A stretch of DNA of 64,000 bases from the NCBI GenBank assembly GCA_951406725.2, contig OX597821.1:64852001-64916000 (forward strand), in the 5' to 3' direction. Below, piece after piece: positions 1-12,967 of this stretch (the stretch's first letter is position 1; the number at the start of each line of letters is the position of its first letter). This DNA comes from Octopus vulgaris (Eukaryota). The position numbers were made by a program, and so were the translations under genes. Under the pieces are notes generated by a model. That model had not been told where the DNA came from, did not search any database, and saw nothing but the letters and a program-made list of their open reading frames with translations.

Positions 1-99
1 CAATACCCGAAAAGCATGGTTGTTTGGACGCCATCAGGAACAGGACCTTTCTCTTTGTATAGTGGCTCTCAATACTACCCTTTGGAGTTCCATATAAAA

Positions 100-250
100 C
101 TTTTGGTTAAGATTTATGAGCAGCAAAATTATTACATATCTACACTACACCAAATATTTTTACAATTATTTTCTTTAAATACAATTCCTAATAATATTCA
201 AAGAATCAAAGAAGCCCATAGTTTTAAAAAATGGTTGAGAACCACTAGCT
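100..250 (+). mobile_element. Possible 3' end of a CR1/L2-type LINE ORF2
   Basis: ORF 16..501 contains 'LQLFSLNTIPNNIQRIKEAHSFKKWL', resembling the 'LFN.LP..IR......FK..L' C-terminus of CR1/L2 ORF2. The match is short. Confidence 0.3.
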
Positions 251-271
251 TAGTACATATAATTGTTTGTT

Positions 272-566
272 CCTCCTCGAGTCACGCCTGGCTCATTAGG
301 GACGGTTTCCCGGTTTCCCTGGCGTATAGATTCCCCACCTGGACGGGACGCCGGTCCGTCGCAGGTGAGCTGCAAGATGCAGGCGGAAAGAGTGAGAGAA
401 AGTTGCGGGGAAAGAGTCTCAGATGTTCGCCAATTACCTTCTGCCGGAGCCGCGTGGAGCTTAGGTGTTTCGGTCATAAACACACAGATCGCCCGGTCTG
501 AGATTCGAATCCACGATCCCTCGACCGCGAGTCCTCTGCTCTAAACACTAGGCCACGTGCCTCCAC
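272..566 (-). mobile_element. tRNA-derived SINE (head type B, tail variant 1)
   Basis: Minus strand begins GGAGGCACGTGGCCTAGTGTTTAG (A box) ... GGATTCGAATCTC (B-box-like). The head matches those at 17950-18317, 47709-48014 and 50006-50302. Confidence 0.8.
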
Positions 567-1199
567 ATATAATAGTATCTATCTTATCGAAGTATAGAGA
601 AAGATAGGCAAAGCCAACCGCCGAATGATTTGAAGACAAAAGTTCAATTGACACATTTACTAAATGTCAGACTATTTCTCCAGATAATCCTTTTTAGCAT
701 TGGCGTAGTATCGCAAATTTTCTGAGACGGCATAATTGATAGTGTTGTCATTAGTTCTTAACTGATACTTTACTTATAACGGCTTTTATATTTATAAGTC
801 GATAGATTAATCCATGTTGGTAGGATTTGATCTCAGAACATTAAGGGGCAAAGCATCATCATTTACACAAATCTTTCACTGTTGTTACCTATCCATAATA
901 GTAACATGAAATAACCGTTATATAAATACTGATTTATTTTACGAAATAAGTTTATGCCAAGTGCCAACTGCCAAAAGGCATCTAACCAGCTGACAGTTAA
1001 ATAAAATCATTATAATACAATAGCCTATGCCTTTGGGGATTCGCCGTTCTTTAATTATTTACTCAGAAAAATGAGGAAAGCATAATAATGGCGCCTGTGG
1101 AAGATTTTTAAACATTACTTTGAAAAAGTTTCTATTCGACATTCCAGACTAGACATGTTTAACTGGTTAGAATCAGTGTGAAATAGCTTCCAGCAAATC

Positions 1200-1497
1200 A
1201 CTGTTATGTCAGCTACACATACTCACGCACAAAAAGTCAACGAGGAATTCTTTACGCAGTCGCTAACATTGTTTCCTAAAAATAGCAGCCACTGTTCTCT
1301 CGAATTCGAGTTTCATTCAAGTTTTCAACGGCTGAAATAATAGGACGGATACATTAGAGGATACACGTTTGTGTGAGCGCCGCGCATGCATGTATGCGAT
1401 TATGGAATATATGTGTGTACGTGTGAGTGTGTGTGTGCATATATATGGTATTTATATATACACACAAACACATATACATATATTTATATATATATAT

Positions 1498-1557
<60 letters not shown>

Positions 1558-1558
1558 G

Positions 1559-1628
<70 letters not shown>

Positions 1629-2077
1629 TTGTATGCATATACGTACGTATGTATATATATATATAAAGGAAAGGGATCTGAAAATAATATCCTTAGCGGC
1701 TAGTGTCATAGATTTGAACGAAATCACAGTACAAACGTACATACATTCACACACACACACCTACACACACACACACACACACAAACACTCACACACACAA
1801 AAACACTAACACACGCACATATACACACAAATACTGATGTTTATGTATATATATACTATATAGACAGTCATTCGAATAGTTAATTGAGTATTTTACCAAT
1901 TGCATAATCAATCAATCAATTAGTTAGGCTTGAATAGGCTTAAAGATAGAAAACATGGAGAGAGGAAAAAAATTGGGAGGAAACAATCGTAATATGGATG
2001 AACGGTTGCACATGTTATATATACATGTGTGTCTGTCTATCTATTTGTCTGCCTGTGGATCTGTCTGTCTGTCTCTC

Positions 2078-2123
<46 letters not shown>

Positions 2124-2408
2124 GTCTTATATGTCTTGAGTTTGTTGCACTGATGAGCATAGAATGCATATTCTGCATTAATTGCGAAATCACAGGTGAT
2201 ATGTAACTAAATTCTTTTTTTAAATGACTTGCTTTGAAGTTTTGCATTCGGTACAATTTGTTTATTTTAGTAGTTTTGACCGCAATGGTCCCTCCTAGCG
2301 TGCGGTATCTATGAATAGTAGTACCCTCTATATAATATAAATATATATATATATATATATATAAATACACACACACACACATACACACAAACACACACAC
2401 ACACACAT

Positions 2409-2482
<74 letters not shown>

Positions 2483-3130
2483 ATGTATATATATACATAT
2501 ACATACATTTACGCATATACATACAGCTCGTGGTACCATCTACACTGAGAAACCTTAATCATAAGACTACTGGTTCAGGGTTAACGACAGTTTAAATATC
2601 AATAAAATATACATTAGAACATAAAAATCGCAATGCAAAATAAACACTGAATGTTACAATGCTTATAGTACATGAGACGTTGTTCCTGCATGGCCATGAC
2701 AGAGAATTGTATTGGCCAGTTAAATAGCTAAATAAGAAAATCTTTATATTCATAAAGGGTTTAGTAGTTGAGACCCTTTCCCATTAATGTATATTTATAT
2801 GGTGAACGTTAACAATTGAAGAAGGAGGGGTTGTATAGCAGTCCCTCAACCTCCAATAAGTAACAAGAAAATATCTTTCACATCAAAAAAATATATATTG
2901 AAAAATGTTCTTTTTGTGGTTCCGACATTGGAAGAAATGCAGCCGCATATGGGAGTTTTATTGTCTTCTGTTCCTAAGTGAACAAAAAATGGAGCGATAG
3001 TCACAGATGAGGAACGTCGTTGGGTCGATTGCAGTCAAGGATCATGTGATGTTGTCAAACTAGGCCACAGATTATATCAAGTATCAAGGAGTAAATTCTC
3101 ATATTGAATTAGCTGTAAACATTTTGCTAC
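1200..3130 (+). pseudogene. Decayed Mab-21/cGAS-like (cGLR) nucleotidyltransferase gene, copy A, interrupted by microsatellites
   Basis: Motifs read by eye, in order across frameshifts: QRGILYAVANI (1238), [13 protein letters not shown] (1660-1731), DRNGPS (2278), IQLVVP (2521), KKIFIFIKGL (2734), YILKNVLF (2892), WVDCSQGSCDVVKLGHRLYQVSRSKFSY*ISC (3021). They are colinear with copy C and with Mab-21 family motif order. Confidence 0.45.
1400..2520. repeat. Compound (TA)n/(CA)n/(TG)n microsatellite tracts
   Basis: Directly visible; the source of the [12 protein letters not shown] ORFs. Similar tracts occur throughout the window. Confidence 0.95.
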
Positions 3131-3587
3131 GATTTACTAATCAATACAAACACAACATATTTAAAAAATTGGTTTTAAATAGTTGACTATAAATCCAGGA
3201 AATAAAAATATTAAATCAATATTAGTTTTATCGCTGAAAGAAATTCTTTGAAGTTAGACTTTTCTAAAAATTATAATTGCATTTTTAAAGCCTTTATAGT
3301 TGTATAGCTTTCAAGTTATTCCTCTTGAAATATAAATTAACTTATCACTTGAGCATATTTACTGAGCTAGGTGCGAAAAATATAAAAACCTGACGTTACG
3401 TCCATAGTTTCTCGTAGAAAGAAAGTCGGGTTTTCACAACTAGAATATCTCTGCTTATATTCTCCTCGACCCAAGCTGAACAGGAAAGAAAGACATCAAC
3501 AATTGATCAATAATACTGGTTAGACGCCATTATATAAAAATATGACTGATTTGTTTTGACTGATATAACATGCATACACATACACGC

Positions 3588-3655
<68 letters not shown>

Positions 3656-3948
3656 TAAAGTCCGAAACCGAGGTATGCATTTAATTCTGTTTTTTTATAT
3701 AAATTTTCATCTGTCCTGCCCGCCAAATTTGGTTCTGGTGTTCGCTGTACTTTTCCTCTAGAGAATTTCCTTGTAGTTTGATCGTTGATGGTCTATTTCT
3801 AGCATACGACCGACTCCCTAGCAGTAAGCCCTGCCAATATACACATATATTAGAATTTTCTCTGACTTCTCAGATTTTTTGTATGCTGGACTACTGGTTT
3901 TAAATTGATATTAAAATTAATATTAATTTATCTCCCTCATTATTTAAA

Positions 3949-4009
<61 letters not shown>

Positions 4010-4093
4010 ACAATTCACAAAAAGCAAAAGACGAAGACAGGTGGTGTAGACAACAAACAGATGTATTAGTTTAACGCTCGGGAAGTGAAAAAG

Positions 4094-4141
<48 letters not shown>

Positions 4142-5474
4142 TTATATAATTCTATGTGTGAAACAATATTATTTGATGGTATTTATTCAATTCGAGTTGG
4201 TCCGGTACGGTCATGAACCTCTCATTTTCACAAATGCACTAAACATGATGAAGTCGTTGATAATTTGTTACCATTCTTCGTAGAATTCTTACTATAATAT
4301 TTAAATAGTAAATAACTAAACAGTTATGTAGGAGCTAACAATCTGTAAAGCCATTGCTATAGAAAACCAAAAAATGGCGATGTATATTGTTATATTGTTA
4401 TTGTTTCGAATAACAACTTATTCTGTTTCAAAGATGTTTGTCAGATTCTAATAGAATAAATACCCTAAATTTTTCCGCGAACAGAATAACAATTGCTATT
4501 TAAATCAGGCAAAAATTAGAACATAATTGCAGTGGTGAGATCGATCTACATATGGTAAATTTGTCGGTGGCAAAATTAAATATTTAACTGATATTTTATG
4601 CAAAAACAGCTTGCATTACGAATTTCCTCAGTTTGTCACTGCTAAAATTTATAATGTCAGTTTTAGTCACGGTGATTCTTTTGAAACGTGACTGTAAACC
4701 GTATTTATGATGTTTATTTGAGTTTTATGTTTAACATTTGAATTGCACACATCTCTTCGTGGTGTGTTTTGTATTTTATAATAGCAATTTGGAGAATTTT
4801 GCAATCCCGTTGTCATAGAGATGTTAAATGCAATTCTTTACTTGTTTTAAGTCCCACCTCCGACAATTGAGAATTTCATCCAAAATGGATGAGTTGAGAG
4901 AACAAAATGTAGATCAATGAATATGGCTTTATCTAACTCTACTCCCTGCAGGCCAGTTATTTAACATCTCTATACACAATAATATCCCAATAGATTTACG
5001 TAATTAAGGTAAATTCAAGTAAAACATAACTGACATCATATAATGGTAGTTATTTTGTAATCTGGATTTCCACTTCAGGCCAACATATTACAAACATTGC
5101 TAAATAAATATATATTGCAAGATTAAAATTCCTATACTGAGTTAATATATTTATGTTTCGTATCTGTTTTTTTTTGTTTTGAGGAATCGACCAGCCTTCT
5201 GACATTTGTTATTTTTTCAGTGTATTCCAAATATTAAGAATAATATTTTACCTGCAGTACAATATGAAGTAGAAAATAAAAAAACATCTTTTTAGGAATT
5301 AGAAAATATTATAATTGTGTGGTTGTATTTTTCAGCAATGAATTTGAATGGAATGAAATTTCAATAGGACATATTATATCCATAATTATTGAAACCTAAG
5401 ACATAGCATCAACCAAAGTTTGGAAAGAAAAACTTTTACCAATTTTGTTCTTGAATTTTTATTAATGTATCCAG

Positions 5475-6620
5475 TGTCAGTTCTACAGGAAAGTAGCCAG
5501 TAGAGATATATCTGTCCAATACAATTCAGCAATTCCAGTCGGTGCCAAAATAGGTTATGCCAGAAATGAACTTGCACACATCCAGGGTAAGTGCAGCAGA
5601 ACGGAGGACAAGGTGAGCCACACTACACGCTTCCTAGATATATCGAAAACCAACGGGTACCCTACATCCATTGTAAATCGGCTTAAGTACCCAAGACGAA
5701 CAACGCGCCGAACACATAGAAAACCCAGCAACACATGCTTCCTTAAAATACCCCCATTTTAGCGGAGAGGATAACTACATCCACCGGAAGAGCCATAAGA
5801 AAAGCTTTAGACATACAACTACCCCACTCCGGCCTCTCTCTGAGAGGACACCTCGCAAGAAAAGCAAACAAGGGACAACGATCAATGTGCACTAACAAAC
5901 TGTCTTACCCGTGACACAGATTTATGCCAACGGATAAATGTTGTGTATAGAATACAATGTAACAAATGCAATTAGTTCTATGTAGGTGGCACAACAAGAC
6001 CGTTACATATCCGCATCAAAGAACATCTGAACATGAGAGCTTCCTCCTTCAGAAAACATATTGACAGATGCCGGAAAACCGACAAAAGTCACAACTGAGA
6101 TCAATGAAAGAAATTTGGGCAAATTAAGAATTAAGGAAGCTATACTCATACACAGACTGGGGCCCCAAATTAACAAAAGGCTGGAGGTTGGTAATCAATA
6201 TATTACTTAGCTACATCTGGATGCGTGTAGGTTAATTTTTTATAATATGCACATCTGTAGTTAATAGCAAAAAAAAAAAAAATAGAAGAAAAGAAGGGGA
6301 AAAAAAAGGAAGCTGCATGTATACTACATAACTTATAACTTAGAAGCAGCGCTACGGATGTACCAGCACACACAAGACTGAGACATGGCCGACCTCACGC
6401 ATTTCTCATGAGGAATTCCGGAAGGATATTCGTGAGATCACTGCTGATACGCTTCAAAAACAAAATTATAAAGAAAAGCCGTTGGAAAAATGATTATAGC
6501 AGCGACTCCATCTAAGGATATCTGAAGAAGGAATTTTATTCCGAAATATCATATCAGACGATGGATGATTAAATTACAAGTATATATATAGCCCATTGTT
6601 TGTATAATAGTGCATTGTTG
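5475..6620 (+). mobile_element. Penelope-like retroelement 3' fragment (RT thumb + GIY-YIG endonuclease + terminal region)
   Basis: Translates to FYRKVASRDISVQYNSAIP...NGYPTSIV (5481-5680), VVYRIQCNKCN*FYVGGTTRPLHIRIKEH (5940-6030, GIY-YIG) and LRIKEAILIHRLGPQIN. Contains stops and frameshifts. Confidence 0.85.
6517..6555 (+). ncRNA. Minimal type-I hammerhead ribozyme motif in the Penelope terminal region
   Basis: GAUAU (stem I)-CUGAAGA-A-GGAAU uuu AUUCC (stem II)-GAAA-U-AUC^-AUAUC (stem I'). The core is intact and stem III is the palindrome AUAU. Confidence 0.7.
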
Positions 6621-6714
6621 TACCATTCAAAACATTTTCCTCTATACAAACAGTACACATGCTTCAAGCGAATACTCTCCTATAAATATATATATATATA
6701 TTCGTTTCTTTTTT

Positions 6715-6925
6715 CCTTTGTTTCTGTAATTTGACTTCGGCCATACTGGAGCACCGCCTTTAGTCGAACAAATCGAGCACAGGACATTCTTTGCAAGCTT
6801 AGTACTTACTCTATCGGTGTCTTTTGCGGAATCGCTAGGTTCATGAAACGTAAACACACCAACTGCTGTTGTCAAGTGAAGTAGTAGACAAACACAGACA
6901 CAAATACACACACACGCACATGCAG

Positions 6926-6970
<45 letters not shown>

Positions 6971-7535
6971 CTAGCAGTATCGCCCGGCGTTGCTCGAGTT
7001 TGTAAGGGAAATAACTATATAAGCATTTTTAGAGATGTAAAATATAATAGCCATCTCAATATGGCTAACCACAAAGTGGGGTGTTACTGTAGCTTTTTAC
7101 GTTCTGAGATTTAATAATAAATTTTTAGAGAGTTACTTCCCTTATATATGCCAAAAATGCATTAAAAATTGGAAAAATTGATGGTAAATTTTTTTTTAAA
7201 TCGTTGACTCATCGTAGACGCGCGCTAATACCCAGAAGGGCTCGATATGAATCACGACTATAAGATACCCGGTTTTGGTTAAACTGCACCGCAAAATGTG
7301 GAAGTAGTTAGGAATCTAAATCGTAGGAGACAGACAGCACACAACCTTACTTTTATATATAAAGATATACGACTGGCTTCGTTCACTTTCCGTCCACCAT
7401 ATCCACCCACAAGGCTTTTCTCGGTCCGAGGCTATAGTAGAAAATTCTTGCACAAGATGCCAAGCAGTGAGACTGAAACAGGAACCATGTAGTTGGAAAG
7501 CATGTTTCTTAGCATCTTGCCACTCCTGTGCCTGT
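6715..7535 (-). mobile_element. tRNA-derived SINE family C, split by a Helitron insertion
   Basis: 6715-6900 matches the tail of the 60872-61301 copy (ttgactgcggccatgctggagcaccgc...) and 7370-7535 matches its head. Confidence 0.75.
6971..7365 (-). mobile_element. Non-autonomous Helitron (~395 bp)
   Basis: Minus strand starts TC (tctttatatataaaag) and ends with an imperfect GC hairpin (ctcgagcaacgccggg) followed by CTAG. It is inserted between A and T with no TSD. Confidence 0.75.
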
Positions 7536-7558
7536 ATATATATATATATATATAGATA

Positions 7559-8269
7559 CTAGCTGAATTACCCGGTAATATCCGGAAAGCGGGAGTTATT
7601 TCCAGTTCCCATTACACTGTTTCATGTCCTCTTCCGTTCGCTTTTCAGTTTCCGTTTCAATTTCAAATAGATTTACAAATATACAGTGACGTGGGATAGA
7701 TTTACAAATACTGGTAAATAATACAGTTGAATCATAATATTGATTGATTGTAATGTTAAGGTAATATCAAAGAAGAATTGGTGGATGGTTGGAAGGATGA
7801 GACGATTGACGATGTGGGACTATGAAACGATCGATGGTTGATTATTATCATGGCGAAAAAATTCACAAATCGGTCCTGATCAAGAGGCTTCTCTATCGGG
7901 GAAGGGATGGTCTGACATGGAATAAACAAATAAGTATATAAGACATCCCATGTAAAAACTGCAAGACAACGACTAGCATTTCATCTATGGATGAAAATGA
8001 AAGACACTATCTATAATGTTATTGCTTCAGTACTTCGGTAAAGTTTTAATAATTCTTAATATGATTATTTGAGAATTAATATAAACACACTTTAACTTTC
8101 TCTTATTAGTTTAACATCTGTTGTTGGACATGTTGTAAAAGTTTTGACTGTGCTTACGATAGTTTATTCACTAAAGCGTTGAGTGATAGGTAAAAATTAA
8201 AGAAAAAATATTAAAAATCGTCGTTCCCTTCAATAAACACATTCTCTCTCTCCTGCACAGTACCTATCT

Positions 8270-8315
<46 letters not shown>

Positions 8316-9389
8316 CTTTAACATTCCCTGACTCTTGCTGTCTCTTCCCTTTCTCTGATACTGGGTTTTACAACTTAATCAGTTTTACCTAATCAGAAAA
8401 CCGTATTTGGAAGCTGGCATTTTCTGCATGATAGTTGTCTATAAGAAAATGGAAACAAAATCATTACTGAGAGGAATTTTTATTAAACAAACGAAAGCAA
8501 AGCATTACGACAACCAAAGTTGTGAGAACTTCTGAAGTTTTAATAAGTTTTAATTAATAAAATCATAGGAAACGATTGAACAAACATGTAAATAATTTAA
8601 AAAGGAAAAAGATCGTCAAGGAAAGTTTTTGCGAACGATTGCACAAATTTCTACTGATCAAGGGGCCTATCTGTAGAAAAAGGCATGGTCTGACATGGAA
8701 TTAATAAAAATTTATGTATAACATTCTATTCTAGAAATTGTCCGTCAACGGCGGCGTATTCATCTATGGAAGAAAATAAATTATATTATCTATAGTTTTA
8801 TTGCTTCAGTACGTTGGTAAAGTTTTAATAAATCTTAATACGGTGACTTGAAAACAAATATAAAAGCATTTCACCTTTCATTTGTTAGATTAGCATCTGT
8901 TGTTGGACATATTGTAAAATTTTAACTGAGCTTACGAGAATTAATTCACTAAAGCGTTAGGTAAAAGCGTTAGGTAAAAGCGTTCGGTAAAAATTAAAGA
9001 ACAAAGTATTAAAATTTGCTGTTCCCTTCAGAAAACACAAACACTCTCTTATGCTTTGTCCCTGTGGCTCATTCTCTCTGTATCTCCTATTCCCTGTCTC
9101 TCTGTCTCTTCCTGTCTCCTCCTATTCCCTCATATCAGCCACCCTCATTATGGCATCATATTTCACTCAACCTAACACATTTTCCACACTTCTCATTTTG
9201 TCATATAATAGTCGAACCCATAGGGGGGGGGGCATTATCGATTCTTAGGGACCATTATCGACTTCTATTGAAATCCAATTAGCCTATAATTGAACTGGAT
9301 GTTAGTTTAACATATATGCAAAGTTTCGTGAAGGTTAGATCGTTGATATAGGCAGTAAGATGGTAACAGACATATAGACACAAATTGCC

Positions 9390-9395
<6 letters not shown>
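7559..9395 (-). mobile_element. Non-autonomous Helitron-like element (~1.8 kb) with internal duplication
   Basis: CTAG at 7559-7562 lies next to the hairpin ccggtaatatccgg. The far end merges into (TA)n near 9395. An internal diverged direct repeat spans 7855-8260 / 8640-9050. Confidence 0.6.
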
Positions 9396-9469
<74 letters not shown>

Positions 9470-9550
9470 ATAATAAATATTAGGGAATAAATCCAAATTT
9501 ACAGGAAAAAAATCAGATTTAGGATTAAATCCAATTTTATAGTAAAATAT

Positions 9551-9708
9551 TATAAAATATTATTAGAGACAAAACCACTATTTTGCAAAACAAACAAGGA
9601 AAGACTTAATCAATACATAAAATTTTAATAAATCTATTTACTAAAATTTTATGTATTGATTAAGTCTTTCCTTGTTTGTTTTGCAAAATAGTGGTTTTGT
9701 CTCTAATA

Positions 9709-9718
<10 letters not shown>
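9551..9718. repeat. Near-perfect palindrome (83-bp arms, 2-nt spacer)
   Basis: tataaaatattattagagacaaaaccactatt...taataaat CT atttacta...aatagtggttttgtctctaataatattttata, with one mismatch seen near the centre. Confidence 0.9.
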
Positions 9719-9742
<24 letters not shown>

Positions 9743-9773
9743 ATGCCCTCTGGCATGTATGTATAATGACCTC

Positions 9774-9826
<53 letters not shown>

Positions 9827-10974
9827 GGAAGATACCTGCGTGTATCTGTGATCCTGATTATCAAAAGATAACAGAAAATACCTGGAGAAATGAATGTAAG
9901 AACAAGCTCCTACTATAACAATATGTACGTTAAAATATTTATACAATTGGATTGTATAAAATAGTAATGGAAATTAAAACAGAAATTCGAGAAGACATAT
10001 GTACAGAAATGCGATACGAAACATGTATAATATATATTACACGTGTTCATAGTACTATTTTAATTATTCCTAGATTCCTAATTGACCATTTACTACCGAA
10101 TAGTTTCAATATTTGCCCTATATTCTCCACAGTCGAAAATCCAAAGTGTATATTTTACACAATATTCTTTCATTGGCAATGATTTGTAAATTTGTAAATT
10201 CTACTTGATCAACAATTTCTCTGGAGTACTTGTCTTTAAAGTTTCAAGGTTAACCTCAACTCCATTGTATTTTTACTCACTCCCAATATGTTGCTCAATC
10301 TTTCAGAAACTAATAACCTTTGAGAAAATCAAAGAATACATTAGAGTCTTACAAAAAGGAAATATAAAATGGTTCGAGATACATTATATCTAAAAACAAG
10401 ACCGATTGACCACAGTTGGGAAATTTTTCATCTGTACCTATATAACAACAACAACGAAGTCTTCTCTTAAAATGGTCAGGAAATACTATGCCGACTGTAC
10501 TCACTCTTGCAAAAAAGAAGAAAAGAAACGAAGGAGTGGAACATTTGGGAGAAACAAATATTTTTTCTGTGATATTTTATTAGTGAATAATAGTATTATA
10601 AGAAACCTTGATCAAGGTATCAATATATCTCCCACGTTTATTTCACTTTTTAGAGATATATGATCTCAATGCATAGGGATGAACAGTAAAATGAGACGAT
10701 ACTGCACTCACAATAGTTGATGGTTGATAGAGATACGGGAAAACTAATGAGTTGCAAATAACAGGAAGTCGCTTCAAGAACAATAAAAGAAGATAAAACC
10801 TTAAACAAATGCAAAATATAATAATCTGCAAGGATGGGATGAAGAAGACAATTTAATCTTCAATAATGAAAATCTGTTGTTTGAACATTGTTAGATTCTC
10901 AATAGAAACGTACAGAAATTTAATCAACATTTTCTTCTAGCTATTTATCGAGTAATCAATATTCAGTAATATTC

Positions 10975-11048
10975 ACTATATATATATATATTTATATATA
11001 TATTATATACATAGATTCATCCATCTATCTATCTATCTATCTATCTAC

Positions 11049-11092
<44 letters not shown>

Positions 11093-11234
11093 GTGTATAT
11101 ATACGTATATATATATATATGAATATACATTCATATATATACATATATATATAAACAAATATATATATATACATGTATATATATATAGAGATAGATAGAT
11201 ATATAGATAGATAGACAGATAGATAGATAGATAG

Positions 11235-11277
<43 letters not shown>

Positions 11278-11377
11278 CATGTATAGTAAGTTTTGTATAT
11301 ATATCTATACACGTATATATGTATGTATATACGTATGTGCATTAATTTTAGTATACATATCTATACTTATATGTATA

Positions 11378-11428
<51 letters not shown>

Positions 11429-11474
11429 CAGTATATACATACATACATATATATATATATGTATAATATATGGG

Positions 11475-11521
<47 letters not shown>

Positions 11522-11888
11522 TATGTGCATTGTTAGTTATGAAGCGAAATATAAAATATATGCATGCAATAAACACATGTGTGTGTTTACGTGTATGTGT
11601 ATGTATGAGTGAGTGCGTGTCAGTGTCTGTGTGCGTAGTGGGGATAATTTATGTATTAACTGTAGGAATGTTTCGATACAACACACCTTTTCTGCATTCG
11701 TCTCTACTTGAAAGAATATAGAGAGATGTGTACGAATAGATTTGTCCTCCAAACATATAGCGAAGTTCAAATGCACGCACACGCACGCACACACGCACAC
11801 GCACGCACACACGCACACGCACGCACACACGCACACGCACGCACACACGCACACACACACATACCGATATATACAGATATATATGTAT

Positions 11889-11930
<42 letters not shown>

Positions 11931-11941
11931 CTATATATGCA

Positions 11942-12009
<68 letters not shown>

Positions 12010-12569
12010 CATGTATGTATGTATAGATATAGGTAAGTATATGTGTATACATAGGTGTATATGTGTCTGCGTCTGTTTGCATGAGTGGGTGCGTGTGTGT
12101 ATGTGTATATATATATGTATGTATGTATGTATGCATGTATGTATGTATGTATGTATATATGTATGTATGTATGTTATGCGTGTGCGTGTTTATGTGCATG
12201 CGGGTATTCATGGGAATAAATTAAGTACCCGCAGGAAGAGATATTATCTTATTATCGGACATTTCCTGAAGAGCTACTTCAAAATATTAGAAACTTCAGT
12301 GATACATCCGGGCGTTGGACCTATGATTGCTTTTCTGGTGCTTGCATCTAATGATTTTGTTTCATGGTTTTAGTTTCACTTTTTTTTTCGTCTTGGTCTG
12401 TATCGTCGGTGGAAGATAAAGATATATATGGAGAAAGAAGGAAAAAAGGAGTGAATAACTGAGTGTGGAAGACACAGTAAGCGGACTACAATTAGAGATA
12501 TAGTGGAAGATAATATACATACCAATGTATACGTATGGACGTGTGTGTATCTATATCTATCTATATATT

Positions 12570-12604
<35 letters not shown>

Positions 12605-12622
12605 ATCTATCTGTCTATCTAC

Positions 12623-12706
<84 letters not shown>

Positions 12707-12709
12707 GTA

Positions 12710-12772
<63 letters not shown>

Positions 12773-12868
12773 AGGTTGATAGATATATAGATATATAGAT
12801 AGATAGAAAGATATAGATAGCTATATATATATATATATATGTATGTATATAGCTAGCTAGCTAGCTAG

Positions 12869-12965
<97 letters not shown>
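10975..12965. repeat. Large microsatellite field: (TA)n, (TATC)n, (CA)n, (GA)n and a 18-bp ACGCAC-based array
   Basis: Directly visible. Confidence 0.95.

Positions 12966-12967
<2 letters not shown>

Noticed and set aside
9800-10960. Run of 60-85-aa ORFs and a hydrophobic minus-strand stretch vaguely like an ionotropic-receptor membrane segment
   Set aside because: No diagnostic motif (e.g. SYTANL) and many stops; I cannot support a call.
12303-12330. Non-repetitive island 12200-12490, including CUGAAGA at ~12266
   Set aside because: No convincing stem II-GAAA geometry, so it is not called as a hammerhead. No coding signal either.
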